From positions 24,904 through 88,903 of the forward strand of contig DATHKT010000020.1 of NCBI GenBank assembly GCA_035489035.1: DNA of 64,000 nt. Direction: 5' to 3'. Made by a program: the position numbers and the translations under genes. Below the pieces are notes generated by a model. That model saw only the letters and a program-made list of their open reading frames with translations, was not told the origin of the DNA and searched no databases. The stretch's first letter is position 1, and each line of letters opens with the position of its first letter. This DNA comes from Mucilaginibacter sp. Its GTDB lineage: Bacteria > Bacteroidota > Bacteroidia > Sphingobacteriales > Sphingobacteriaceae. Positions 41,417 through 51,572 of the stretch are shown piece by piece.

Positions 41417-41494
41417 AATCGGTGTAATCAAAAACAGAATCGGTGTGATCCAAAAACAAAATCGGTGTAATCATCACATAAAATCAGTGTAATC
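41417..41494 (+). repeat. Four 13-bp direct repeats AATC(G/A)GTGT(A/G)ATC at 21-22 bp period
   Basis: Copies start at 41417, 41438, 41460 and 41482. Confidence 0.85.
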
Positions 41495-41503
41495 CCCAAA
41501 CAG

Positions 41504-43735
41504 ATGATCATTAAACTTGCCCCTGCGGATATAAGAAGATACAACTGGTATATATGGCGGTTCTTTATCGGTTGTTTTTGTTTTTTGGTTTTGATGATAT
41601 TGCTTACTGCCTTTGGCGCATTTGGCAGTCTCCCCTCATTCCGCGACCTGGAAAATCCTAAGAGTAATCTTGCATCTGACGTGATATCCGAAGACAAGGA
41701 GGTTTTGGGTAAATACTTCGTTCAAAATCGGTCGCGGGTAAATTATAACCAGATTTCCCCTAACGTCATCCACGCGCTGGTAGCTACCGAGGACAATAAA
41801 TTTTACAGCCATTCTGGTATCGATTTCGGCAGGTCGTTCACCATCCTGTTATATAATATGATAGGGAACAAGCAGGGCGGCAGTACCATCACCCAGCAAT
41901 TGGCCAAGAACTTATATTCAGCGCCCTCCAGTAATATTTTCACCCGCATCATCCAGAAAATGAAGGAATGGGTGATTGCCGTAAAACTCGAACGTCACTA
42001 CACCAAAGAAGAGATCATAACCATGTACCTCAACAAGGTGGATTTTGGCGCTTATAATACTTACGGCATTGCCTCGGCAGCACATACCTATTTTAATACT
42101 ACGGCTGATAAGCTGACCCCCGACCAGGCCGCTTTGCTGATACAAATGGTGAAGGGCACCAGCCTGTACTCGCCTATCCGTAACCCCGACCGGGCGCTTA
42201 ACCGCCGCAATTTTGTATTGGGACGCATGGCACATGAAGGATTTTTGAGTAAAGAACAAGCCGAAGAGTTTGAGAAAAAACCATTAGGCTTGGATTTTAC
42301 CCGTTCTGATCATAATGAAGGACTGGCTACCTATTTCAGGGCGGTATTAAAACGCGATATCCAGAAAATATTTGCAGATAGGTCGATCACCCATTCCGAT
42401 GGTACACCTTATGACCTAGACCGTGATGGCTTAAAAATATATACCACCATCAATTCCAGCATGCAGGAATATGCCGAGGCATCGCAGGCTGAGTATATGC
42501 GCAACTTGCAGGCGCAGTTTAATGAGCATTGGAAAGATGTGAGCCGCTGGCGCAACATTCCTAATTTTAAATTACTGATAGATCAGGGCATGCGGCGATC
42601 CGACCGTTACCACTGGTTAAAGGCGCAAGGCAAATCGGATGATGAAATTAAACAGGATTTTAATACACCTGCCCGTATGGACCTGTTTACCTGGAGGGGC
42701 GATATTGATACTACGATGAAACCCATTGATTCCATTGTTTATTGTAAAATGACGCTCAGGAATTCGTTAATGAGCATGGACCCGGTAACAGGTTATGTAA
42801 AAGCTTGGGTAGGGGGTACCAACTTCGAGCATTTTAAATACGACCAGGTAAAAATGGGCACACGGCAGGTAGGTTCAACGGCTAAGCCATTTACTTATGC
42901 AGCGGCCATTGCAGCCGGGTATTCCCCATGTATGGAAGTGGATAACGTGCCGGATACCATAAGAGGTTATGGAACGCCATGGTGCCCTGCTTCGCCGGAT
43001 ACCAAACAGGGTAAGTTGACGCTTTTCCAGGCCCTGGCCCATTCGCAGAATTGGATAACCGCCCATATGATGAAACTGGTTAATCCAGAACCGGTTGAAC
43101 AACTGATCAAAAAGATGGGCATCACCAGCGCCGTACCGGATTATCCCTCTATATGTCTCGGGGTGTTTGATGCCTCAGTTTATGATATGACGGGCGCTTA
43201 CTCCGTATTTGCCAATCATGGGGTATGGACTGAGCCTACCTATTTACTGCGTATCGAAGATAGAAACGGCACCCTGCTTTACGAAAACAAACCAAAGCAA
43301 ACACAGGCCATGGATGAACAAACAGCCTATGTGATGACCTATATGCTGAAGGATGTAGTGGCCGAAGGCACAGGTTACCGCCTGCGCGGCAAATATGGCC
43401 TTACCAATCCCATCGGCGGCAAGACAGGTACTACGCAAAAAAACTCCGATGGCTGGTTCATTGGTATCACCCCGCAATTGGTTACCGGTGTGTGGACGGG
43501 TTGCGAAGACAGGGATATCCATTTCCGTACACTGGCACTGGGCGAAGGCGCCAATACGGCCCTGCCCATATTTGCGCTCTATATGAAAAAGGTTTATGCT
43601 GATGCGTCCCTGGGCATCAAACAAAATGTGGATTTCGATCTGCCTAAAAGTCCTTTAACTATTACGGTTGATTGCAGCGCCTACAGTCAGCAACAAAACG
43701 GCACGCCCGATCCGAACAAAAAGCAGGCTTTTTAG
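41504..43735 (+). CDS. Class A penicillin-binding protein (PBP1A family), copy 1
   Basis: GT51 motifs ATEDNKFYSHSGID and GGSTITQQLAKN; transpeptidase motifs STAK, SQN, KTG. Confidence 0.95.
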   Translation: MIIKLAPADIRRYNWYIWRFFIGCFCFLVLMILLTAFGAFGSLPSFRDLENPKSNLASDVISEDKEVLGKYFVQNRSRVNYNQISPNVIHALVATEDNKFYSHSGIDFGRSFTILLYNMIGNKQGGSTITQQLAKNLYSAPSSNIFTRIIQKMKEWVIAVKLERHYTKEEIITMYLNKVDFGAYNTYGIASAAHTYFNTTADKLTPDQAALLIQMVKGTSLYSPIRNPDRALNRRNFVLGRMAHEGFLSKEQAEEFEKKPLGLDFTRSDHNEGLATYFRAVLKRDIQKIFADRSITHSDGTPYDLDRDGLKIYTTINSSMQEYAEASQAEYMRNLQAQFNEHWKDVSRWRNIPNFKLLIDQGMRRSDRYHWLKAQGKSDDEIKQDFNTPARMDLFTWRGDIDTTMKPIDSIVYCKMTLRNSLMSMDPVTGYVKAWVGGTNFEHFKYDQVKMGTRQVGSTAKPFTYAAAIAAGYSPCMEVDNVPDTIRGYGTPWCPASPDTKQGKLTLFQALAHSQNWITAHMMKLVNPEPVEQLIKKMGITSAVPDYPSICLGVFDASVYDMTGAYSVFANHGVWTEPTYLLRIEDRNGTLLYENKPKQTQAMDEQTAYVMTYMLKDVVAEGTGYRLRGKYGLTNPIGGKTGTTQKNSDGWFIGITPQLVTGVWTGCEDRDIHFRTLALGEGANTALPIFALYMKKVYADASLGIKQNVDFDLPKSPLTITVDCSAYSQQQNGTPDPNKKQAF

Positions 43736-43793
43736 TTTGTTTGGAGGCACCTGAAGTGATTTGCTAAATATCAAAGTTGAATTTGTAATTTGG

Positions 43794-43801
43794 TATATTT
43801 G
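43794..43801 (+). promoter_or_regulatory. -7 box for PBP copy 2
   Basis: TATATTTG, 31 nt upstream of ATG 43833. Confidence 0.55.
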
Positions 43802-43832
43802 CAATTCTGCTGCACATCGACCCAACAAGAAA

Positions 43833-46076
43833 ATGATTGTAAAACTTAGTAAACACGATATAAGAAGATATAACTGGTATATCTGGCGGTTTTTTATTGC
43901 CTGCTTCGCGCTTTTGGTTATATTAATAGTGTCCACTTATTTGGGTGCTTTCGGCCCTCTGCCACCATTCCGCGACCTGGAAAATCCTAAAAGCAACCAG
44001 GCATCAGAGATCATTTCGTCCGATAAGCAAATATTGGGTACCTATTATATTCAGAACCGGTCGAATGTAACCTATAAGGAGATATCCCCCAATGTGATCA
44101 ATGCGTTGGTGGCTACCGAGGATGAGCGCTTTTATCAACATTCGGGCATTGATTTCAGACGCACATTTAGTATTATTTTCCTTAATATTTTCAAAAAACA
44201 GGGAGGCAGTACTATTACACAGCAATTGGCACTTAACTTGTTTTCAGAGCGATCGCATAATAAGCTGGTGCGTATCACCCAAAAATTGAGGGAATGGATA
44301 ACAGCCGTACAATTAGAGCGTCATTACACCAAGGAAGAGATCATCACCATGTATTTGAACACGGTTGATTTTGGCGCTTATAATACTTTTGGGATCAAGT
44401 CGGCGGCGCGTACTTACTTCAGCACCACGCCGGATAAGCTTACACCGGACCAGGCCGCACTTTTAATAGCTATGATCAACGGGCCGGGCATTTATTCGCC
44501 TATTAATCACCCTCAAAACGCGCTGAACCGCCGTAATAATGTAGTGCTTACGTTGATGGAGCGCCAGGGATATTTAAGCAGCGGGCAACTGGAAGAATTT
44601 AAAAGCAAGCCTTTGGGCCTGCACTTTAACCCGATCAATCATAACGATGGGCCTGCGCCTTATTTCAGGTCGGTGCTTAAAAGGGAAGTGCAAAAGATAT
44701 TTGAAGCCGAATCCATAGTCAGGGCTGATGGTACTCCTTATGACCTGGACAGGGATGGATTGAAAATTTACACCACGGTAAACTTAACCATGCAGCAGTA
44801 TGCCGAACAGGCCCAGGCCGAATATATGCGTATACTGCAAGCCCAATTTAAATCACACTGGAAAGGATATAACTTTAGCAGGAGCATCAAAAATTATAAG
44901 CTTTTGCTTGACCAGGGTATGCATCGTTCCGACCGTTACAAGTCGGACACTATACAGGGTAAATCGCCGGAAGAGATCAGGAAGGATTTTAATACGCCGG
45001 TGCAGATGATCTTATTTACCTGGCGGGGTGATACCACGGTAACCATGAAACCGATCGACTCTATTGTTTACTCCAAATTCCTGCTGCGCAACGCGATGAT
45101 GAGCATGGACCCTACAACGGGCTATGTGAAGGCATGGGTTGGGGGCATCAGTTTTGATCATTTTAAGTATGACCAGGTGAAAACAGGCAGCAGGCAGGTG
45201 GGTTCAACAGCCAAGCCTTTTACCTATTCGATAGCTATAGATAATGGGTATTCCCCTTGCATGAAAGTGGATAATGTACCTGTCACCATCAGCATCCCGG
45301 GGCAGCCGGATTGGGTGCCGAGGCAATCGTCATCCGATTGGAAGCAAGGGATGATCAGTTTGCGCACGGCTTTGGCATTCTCGCAAAACTATGTTACGGC
45401 TTATGTGATGAAACAGGTGGGCCCGGTACCGGTAGTGAACCTGGCGAAGAAAATGGGCATTACCAGCCCTGACCTTGGGCCTTATCCTTCTATTTGCCTG
45501 GGCACATTTAATTCGACAGTATATGATATGACTGGCGCTTATTCTGTATTTGCCAACCATGGTGTTTGGACCGAGCCAACCTATTTGCTACGTATCGAGG
45601 ATAGGAAGGGTAATGTATTGTACAATCATAAGCCAAAGATCGTACCGGCCATGAATGAGCAAACCGCCTATGTGATGACCTATATGCTGAAAGGGGTAAT
45701 AGAAAATGGTACGGGCTCAAGGCTGACCTATAAATATGGCATCCGCAATCCTGTAGCCGGCAAAACCGGGACCACACAGGATAACTCTGATGGCTGGTTC
45801 ATCGGCGTTACACCGCAGCTGGTAACCGGCGTTTGGACAGGCTGCGAGGACAGGGATATTCACTTCCGCTCGACTTACCTGGGTGAGGGTGCGAATACCG
45901 CGCTGCCTATTTTTGCCCTGTATATGAAGAAGGTTTATGCCGACCCGGCACTGGGTATCAAAAAGAATGTAGATTTCGACGCGCCAAAAACACCGCTTAC
46001 CATCAACCTGGATTGCGATGCTTACGACCAGCAGGAACAGGGCACTACAGAAGCGGACAAGAAGCTAGGGTTTTGA
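43833..46076 (+). CDS. Class A penicillin-binding protein (PBP1A family), copy 2
   Basis: ATEDERFYQHSGID, GGSTITQQLALN, STAK, SQN, KTG. Start moved to ATG 43833, matching the N-terminus of copy 1. Confidence 0.95.
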   Translation: MIVKLSKHDIRRYNWYIWRFFIACFALLVILIVSTYLGAFGPLPPFRDLENPKSNQASEIISSDKQILGTYYIQNRSNVTYKEISPNVINALVATEDERFYQHSGIDFRRTFSIIFLNIFKKQGGSTITQQLALNLFSERSHNKLVRITQKLREWITAVQLERHYTKEEIITMYLNTVDFGAYNTFGIKSAARTYFSTTPDKLTPDQAALLIAMINGPGIYSPINHPQNALNRRNNVVLTLMERQGYLSSGQLEEFKSKPLGLHFNPINHNDGPAPYFRSVLKREVQKIFEAESIVRADGTPYDLDRDGLKIYTTVNLTMQQYAEQAQAEYMRILQAQFKSHWKGYNFSRSIKNYKLLLDQGMHRSDRYKSDTIQGKSPEEIRKDFNTPVQMILFTWRGDTTVTMKPIDSIVYSKFLLRNAMMSMDPTTGYVKAWVGGISFDHFKYDQVKTGSRQVGSTAKPFTYSIAIDNGYSPCMKVDNVPVTISIPGQPDWVPRQSSSDWKQGMISLRTALAFSQNYVTAYVMKQVGPVPVVNLAKKMGITSPDLGPYPSICLGTFNSTVYDMTGAYSVFANHGVWTEPTYLLRIEDRKGNVLYNHKPKIVPAMNEQTAYVMTYMLKGVIENGTGSRLTYKYGIRNPVAGKTGTTQDNSDGWFIGVTPQLVTGVWTGCEDRDIHFRSTYLGEGANTALPIFALYMKKVYADPALGIKKNVDFDAPKTPLTINLDCDAYDQQEQGTTEADKKLGF

Positions 46077-46084
46077 TTTTGTTG

Positions 46085-46170
46085 TAAGGTTTGAATGTTG
46101 TAAAGTTGGATGCAAGGGTTACAGTGTTTGGTTAATTACATAGTGACCAATGATGACTCAATGACCAAAT
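46085..46170 (+). repeat. Mixed short tandem repeats (8-mers and TGACCAA-like heptamers)
   Basis: GTAAGGTT TGAATGTT GTAAAGTT ... TGACCAA TGA TGACTCAA TGACCAA. Confidence 0.45.
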
Positions 46171-47986
46171 GAATATGGAGAAATTTGATCACAGGGCGGC
46201 GTTAAAGAATATACCTCACAAACCGGGGATATACCAATTTTGGAATACCGAGAACGAGCTGATCTATATCGGTAAGGCCAAAGATTTGCGCAACCGGGTA
46301 AACTCCTATTTTAATAAGGATCTGAATGTAAATGCTAAGACGAAGGTTTTAGTATCTAAAATACGCAAAGTCACTTTTACCATTGTTGATACCGAGGTAG
46401 ATGCCTGGCTGCTGGAAAACAGCCTGATAAAAAAGCATCAACCGCGGTATAATGTGATGCTGAAGGATGATAAAACTTATCCCTGGATCATCATCAAAAA
46501 CGAGAATTTCCCCCGGATTTTCTGGACACGCCGCATAGTAAAGGATGGTTCTAAATACCTTGGGCCATATGCATCGGTAAGCATGATGCATGCTATTTTG
46601 GGCTTGATCAAAGAGACCTATCCACTTCGCACCTGCAACCTGGCCCTTAGCCGCCAAAACATTGATGCCGGCAAATTTAAGGTGTGCCTTGAATACCAAT
46701 TGGGTAACTGCAAAGGCCCTTGTCAGAATTACCAGACTGAGAACGACTACGATCATAACATTGAGGAGATAACAGACATATTGAGCGGCAAAATAGGCGG
46801 AGTGCTGCGAAACCTCAAAGCTGATATGGAAGCTGCTGTAAGCAACCTTAATTTTGAGCAGGCGCACCGGCTGAAAAGAAAATTTGATCTGCTGGAAAAT
46901 TACCAGAGCAAATCAACAGTGGTTAACTCCTCCATTACCGATGTCGATGTATTCAATATCGCATCGGATGAAAAGTATGCCTTTGTTAATTTCCTGAAGG
47001 TGATGAATGGCACCATTATCCAAACGCAAACCATCGAGTTGAAAAAACGACTGGATGAAAGTGATGAGGAATTGCTGACCATTGCCATTTCTGAATTCAG
47101 GACGAGGTATGATAGTAAGTCGAAAGAGGTTATTGTGCCTTTTGAATTAGGGGTGGATGATCCGAAGATCAAATTCACCGTGCCTAAACTGGGCGAGAAA
47201 AAGAAGCTGCTTGACCTGTCGCACAAAAATGTGCAATTCTTTAAAAAAGAGCGGATTGACCAGTATGAAAAGCTTAACCCCGAGATACGTACCGAGCGCT
47301 TGCTGACCACCATGATGAAGGATCTGCGGATGAATCAATTGCCGCGACATATCGAGTGCTTTGATAACTCCAATTTCCAGGGGAAATATCCGGTATCAGC
47401 TATTGTAGTTTTTAGGGATGGCAAACCATCCAAGAAGGATTACAGGCACTTTAATGTGAAAACAGTAGAGGGGCCCAATGACTTTGCCACGATGGAAGAG
47501 GCTGTCCACCGCCGTTATAGGCGTATGCTGGATGAAGGCACTGAACTGCCCCAACTAATCATTATCGACGGCGGCAAAGGGCAATTGTCATCGGCCATAA
47601 AAAGTCTTAAGCTGTTAGGCATCGATAAGCAGGTCACCGTGATCGGCATTGCCAAACGGTTGGAAGAATTATACTATCCCGGCGACCAGTATCCGCTATA
47701 TCTTGATAAAAAATCAGAAACCTTAAAGATCATCCAGCAGCTGCGTGATGAGGCACACCGCTTTGGCATCACTTTTCACCGCAAAAAACGTGATAAGGGA
47801 ACACTGGCTACCGAACTGGAGTTGATAGATGGCATCGGCAAAACATCAGCCGAAAAACTGCTAAAATATTTTAAATCAGTAAAGAAGATCCGCGAAGCAA
47901 GCACTGAGGAATTGCAGGAGGTGGTGAATTTGAAACAGGCTAAAGCGATTACAGCTTATTTTGGGAAGGAAGTGGTGAGCACTTAG
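46169..47986 (+). CDS. uvrC: Excinuclease ABC subunit C
   Basis: GIY-YIG motif (PGIYQF...IYIGKAKDLRNRV), IECFDNSN, IDGGKGQL, RDEAHRF, C-terminal HhH. Confidence 0.97.
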   Translation: MNMEKFDHRAALKNIPHKPGIYQFWNTENELIYIGKAKDLRNRVNSYFNKDLNVNAKTKVLVSKIRKVTFTIVDTEVDAWLLENSLIKKHQPRYNVMLKDDKTYPWIIIKNENFPRIFWTRRIVKDGSKYLGPYASVSMMHAILGLIKETYPLRTCNLALSRQNIDAGKFKVCLEYQLGNCKGPCQNYQTENDYDHNIEEITDILSGKIGGVLRNLKADMEAAVSNLNFEQAHRLKRKFDLLENYQSKSTVVNSSITDVDVFNIASDEKYAFVNFLKVMNGTIIQTQTIELKKRLDESDEELLTIAISEFRTRYDSKSKEVIVPFELGVDDPKIKFTVPKLGEKKKLLDLSHKNVQFFKKERIDQYEKLNPEIRTERLLTTMMKDLRMNQLPRHIECFDNSNFQGKYPVSAIVVFRDGKPSKKDYRHFNVKTVEGPNDFATMEEAVHRRYRRMLDEGTELPQLIIIDGGKGQLSSAIKSLKLLGIDKQVTVIGIAKRLEELYYPGDQYPLYLDKKSETLKIIQQLRDEAHRFGITFHRKKRDKGTLATELELIDGIGKTSAEKLLKYFKSVKKIREASTEELQEVVNLKQAKAITAYFGKEVVST

Positions 47987-48002
47987 TTTGAAAAAAAACT
48001 GA

Positions 48003-48098
48003 TGTCATTTCGAACGATAGTGAGAAATCTTATGCAACATACATAGTCCGTCTTGCAAGCTGTATAAGATTTCTCCTCGTACCTCGTTCAAAATGACA
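48003..48098. repeat. Long palindromic REP-like element, family B copy 2
   Basis: TGTCATTTCGAACG...GAGAAATCTTAT ... ATAAGATTTCTC...CGTTCAAAATGACA; same end motifs as 32419..32485. Confidence 0.7.
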
Positions 48099-48124
48099 AG
48101 TGACTATTAGGAATTCTTAAAAAC

Positions 48125-48162
48125 AAAAAAAGTCCTGAGCGGAATACCGACCCAGGACTTTT
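48125..48162 (-). terminator. Intrinsic terminator of gldKLMN
   Basis: AAAAGTCCTG...CAGGACTTTT stem with a T-tract on the minus strand. Confidence 0.75.
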
Positions 48163-48183
48163 CACTTATGAGTTTAGATTAAT

Positions 48184-49155
48184 TTAGTAGTTCCACAAAT
48201 TGAGTTCCCAATCCATCAGCTGTTTTTTCACCTTTTCAGATTCATACAGCTTATCGATGCCCTGGGCATAATCTTTAATACGTTCATCCCTATCGTTGGA
48301 TACTTTTACGATGTAACTGGTAAATATCCTCTTCATAAACACGTCGTCAAAGCTTAAGCCAGTTGCATCGCTGCTCCTGCTTACAGCTTCCTTAGTAGCT
48401 AAGATCGGGCGGGCATCAGGGAAATATATCCAGAATGCCGGTTGATAATCCAGATCAACACCACCTGCTTTTAATTTTACCATTGGTGCAATACCAATGA
48501 TACGGGGCTCAAACATTGAACGCTGCCTGTCAAATACCCAATCTTCTTTGATACGGAATTTTACTACGCTATCCGGGTTAAATTCACCAGCTTTCATTGA
48601 TGATCCTACTTTATCGCCATTCTTATCAAATCTGTCAACCATCGTGCTATCGGCTAATTTATTACGAGCCTGGGCTGGTTTCAATGGCGTTGCAAAACTA
48701 TCGCCATTAACGTCATTTTTAGGATCTGGAGTAGCATCATAAGCAGTTAGTTCGCCTGCTGATACTGCATTTAACAATACATCTATCAAGCGCAGTTTTG
48801 GCGATGCCAGGAACTGGTTCATTTTTTCGCGTACATCAATTTCTCTCCATACCCGTTTCGCAAACGCAACATCATTTTCGCGCAAATTTGGATACGGCGT
48901 TACCTTAGCATTCAGGATATTTGCTTTTTTATAATACCCGTCTAACGGTCTGTCAAAGGGTTTCGCTGGTCCTGCTGCTTGTTTTTTAGTGGTATCAACC
49001 GGCACGGCCGACTGTTGCCGGGTAGCTCCTGCATTGCTTACCTGCTTTGGGGCGGTCTTCCTTGTTGTCTTTTTCCGCTGAGCAAAAGCAGCGGTACAAG
49101 CCAAACAAAGTACAATAACCAAAATTCTCTTTTTCATAACGCTATTAATTTGCAC
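48184..49155 (-). CDS. gldN: T9SS/gliding protein GldN (PorN)
   Basis: LRENDVAFAKRVWREID, FRIKEDWVFD...RIIGIAP, FWIYFP motifs. Confidence 0.95.
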   Translation of the reverse strand: MQINSVMKKRILVIVLCLACTAAFAQRKKTTRKTAPKQVSNAGATRQQSAVPVDTTKKQAAGPAKPFDRPLDGYYKKANILNAKVTPYPNLRENDVAFAKRVWREIDVREKMNQFLASPKLRLIDVLLNAVSAGELTAYDATPDPKNDVNGDSFATPLKPAQARNKLADSTMVDRFDKNGDKVGSSMKAGEFNPDSVVKFRIKEDWVFDRQRSMFEPRIIGIAPMVKLKAGGVDLDYQPAFWIYFPDARPILATKEAVSRSSDATGLSFDDVFMKRIFTSYIVKVSNDRDERIKDYAQGIDKLYESEKVKKQLMDWELNLWNY

Positions 49156-50677
49156 TTAATATTATATCTTCTAATCCGCGCTCTCCACCCGGGCCTTTAG
49201 CCATAATATTTGTAAATATTATCCTGCTGCCTGGTGATAACGTATTTAATGCGGCTTTCATTTGTGATGATAACTCACTGCCGTTGGTACTGTAGCTAAC
49301 TGCGTCCTGGCGAGGTCTTAATATGATCATGTTAAATCTAACCACGTCGAATTTAAGGTCGAAGTAAAAATCTATCAACTTTGCAAAAAGCCTGTCCTGC
49401 GCTTTTAAATTAGCCGAGCTGGTTGAACCGGAACTTTTACCGGCAAACTGTGCTTTAGGATCAGGTACACGTTTAATTCTGAATAAAGTTGAGCCCAAAA
49501 CCTGTGTTTTTCCAGGCATAAGTTCACCTGAAACGGTAATAGTTGCGTCACCAGGCGAATTGACAGTAACAGCGTATTGCCCATTGCTACCGCTTATTGA
49601 GCCATTTGAAATACTCACATGCAACTTTTCTTTGGGAATACCGGGAGCGGAAACCGAAACTGGATTGGACACACCAATGAACAATACATTCATTTTATCA
49701 GGTGATACTACAGCCGATGGCTTAGCTACCTGGTAAGTTTGAGTTGGTGTTGGATATTCTTTAAGAGATCCGTCAGTTTGTCTAACTTTTATTTTACCAA
49801 CCCAAGTGTGAATACCTTCACTGGTGGTTGCTGTATAAGTTCCCACACCATTTTCAGTATGTATCTTTGAACCATCTACCGTAATATCAGGATTTGATTT
49901 TGAATCATATGCTGTCAGGAATACCTGAGCGGTAAAGGGTTGTCCTTGCAATATATAGCTTGATGGTGCTACTGCAACCGCCTGAAACTTATCCAGGTTA
50001 ACAACAGCCTGGTCAACTTTACCTAATATCTTTTTAACAACTTCGTTCTCAGAGTTTTTTAGATCCGCCTGTATTTTTATGAAAGCAGTCATAGCAGCTC
50101 CCATTGGGATACCTTCACCAAAATTCGCCCGCTCCCAATCTTTATCAGGAAAACCTTTACGTGGGTTTGGTGCTTTGGCCTCTAATGCCAATTTTACACC
50201 AAATTGGTCTTTGGGATCTAATAAAGCTAAAAGCTGATCGTGGGTAACTTTTATCTTTTTATGCAGATCGTACGCATATTTTCTTCTTTCAATCATCAGG
50301 TCAACTGCAAAATCCATTCCTTCGCGGCCTGCATAATCACCGGTAGCTTCACTCATACCACCTGATTCTTTGATCAATACATTCTTTAAAGAATCAATGT
50401 AAGCATTCAGATCGTTAGCTAATTTTTTTGCCTGTTGTGCCTTTGCATATATAGGCTTAGCCCTTTCGGCTTGTTCCTTCAATTTAGTTGCCTCAAATGC
50501 AGTAAACGTATTGTCAATGCCAGTTTGAACATTCTTGGTTGAAGCATTTAAGCTATCACTTATATTTTTAAATGAGTCCAGCAAATTCTCGGGTACTTCA
50601 AGGGCAATTAAGCCTAAAAGCACCAGGTATAGAATACCTATCATTCGCTGTCTTGGGGTTTCCTTACCTCCGGCCAT
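49145..50677 (-). CDS. gldM: T9SS/gliding motor protein GldM (PorM)
   Basis: MAGGKETPRQRMIGILYLVL...; AVVSPDKMNVLFIGVSNP; FRIKRVPDP. Confidence 0.96.
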   Translation of the reverse strand: MAGGKETPRQRMIGILYLVLLGLIALEVPENLLDSFKNISDSLNASTKNVQTGIDNTFTAFEATKLKEQAERAKPIYAKAQQAKKLANDLNAYIDSLKNVLIKESGGMSEATGDYAGREGMDFAVDLMIERRKYAYDLHKKIKVTHDQLLALLDPKDQFGVKLALEAKAPNPRKGFPDKDWERANFGEGIPMGAAMTAFIKIQADLKNSENEVVKKILGKVDQAVVNLDKFQAVAVAPSSYILQGQPFTAQVFLTAYDSKSNPDITVDGSKIHTENGVGTYTATTSEGIHTWVGKIKVRQTDGSLKEYPTPTQTYQVAKPSAVVSPDKMNVLFIGVSNPVSVSAPGIPKEKLHVSISNGSISGSNGQYAVTVNSPGDATITVSGELMPGKTQVLGSTLFRIKRVPDPKAQFAGKSSGSTSSANLKAQDRLFAKLIDFYFDLKFDVVRFNMIILRPRQDAVSYSTNGSELSSQMKAALNTLSPGSRIIFTNIMAKGPGGERGLEDIILSAN

Positions 50678-50720
50678 TTGTTATATTTCTAATCTTAGTA
50701 TTAAGTATAAAATCAATTAA

Positions 50721-51521
50721 TTAAACACGTGGCTGGCTCATGGCTGATAACATATTGCCATATATAGAGTTTAATGAACCCAGGTTCTTGGCCAAACGTG
50801 CAACCTCAGTTTTAAACTGTTGTGAATCGTCTAATGACTCATTAAAGTTTTGCATGGTTGAGGCCATATTATGATAAAATTTATTCATTGATTTTAAATG
50901 AGCGCTTGAATCCTGTAATTCCAGTTCGTACACCGCATTTAAAGCCGAAAGATTTTTAGCCAGGTTGTTCACCTGCTCGTGGTAAGCTTTTGAATCGACA
51001 TTTGAGTTAGCCATTTCAGCCAAATTAGCTGATGCCTGGTCAAATGCGCTGCTTAGTTTATCATAGCTTGCGCTTGCTGATTTAACTTTTGAAGAAAATT
51101 CCGTAGTAGCCATCCCTGCATCGGCAACACTGGATATAGTAGCAACCTTGTCACCAAAAGTTCTTAAACCATCACCAAGGCTGGTGATCAGTTCCGGACC
51201 GATCTTGGCATCAGATAACATTTTATCTAAAGCAGCTGTGCTCGAAACACCACCACCACCTGACTGCGATGATTTTGGTAGTTCGCCTTTGAAATCCTCA
51301 CTCAATTCGGGATATACACGGGTCCAATCTATATGCTCTTCCTCTTTATCTCGCATAAAGCCCAAAAGGAAAAACAAAGCAGCTTCAGTTAGAAGTCCTG
51401 CTGATATAAATGTACCACCATAAGGCCAGTGCTGGATCTTGAATAATAATCCAATAATAACCACCGATGCTCCCCAAGATACGATATTGGTAATCCCGTA
51501 AGGTTTTTTCTTATCAGTCAT
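50721..51521 (-). CDS. gldL: T9SS/gliding motor protein GldL (PorL)
   Basis: GASVVIIGLLFKIQHW, GLLTEA, DWTRVYPEL, LNSIYGNMLSAM. Confidence 0.96.
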   Translation of the reverse strand: MTDKKKPYGITNIVSWGASVVIIGLLFKIQHWPYGGTFISAGLLTEAALFFLLGFMRDKEEEHIDWTRVYPELSEDFKGELPKSSQSGGGGVSSTAALDKMLSDAKIGPELITSLGDGLRTFGDKVATISSVADAGMATTEFSSKVKSASASYDKLSSAFDQASANLAEMANSNVDSKAYHEQVNNLAKNLSALNAVYELELQDSSAHLKSMNKFYHNMASTMQNFNESLDDSQQFKTEVARLAKNLGSLNSIYGNMLSAMSQPRV

Positions 51522-51572
51522 AATAATTTAATAAATAGTTAGCAGTTCAATTTTTAGTTTAGAAAAATAAAT

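Noticed and set aside
41417-41494. CRISPR-like repeat array
   Set aside because: Repeats are 13 bp with 8-9 nt spacers, far below CRISPR dimensions, and there are no cas genes.
43761-43832. N-terminal extension of PBP copy 2
   Set aside because: It contains the -7 promoter box, and alignment with copy 1 places the start at 43833.
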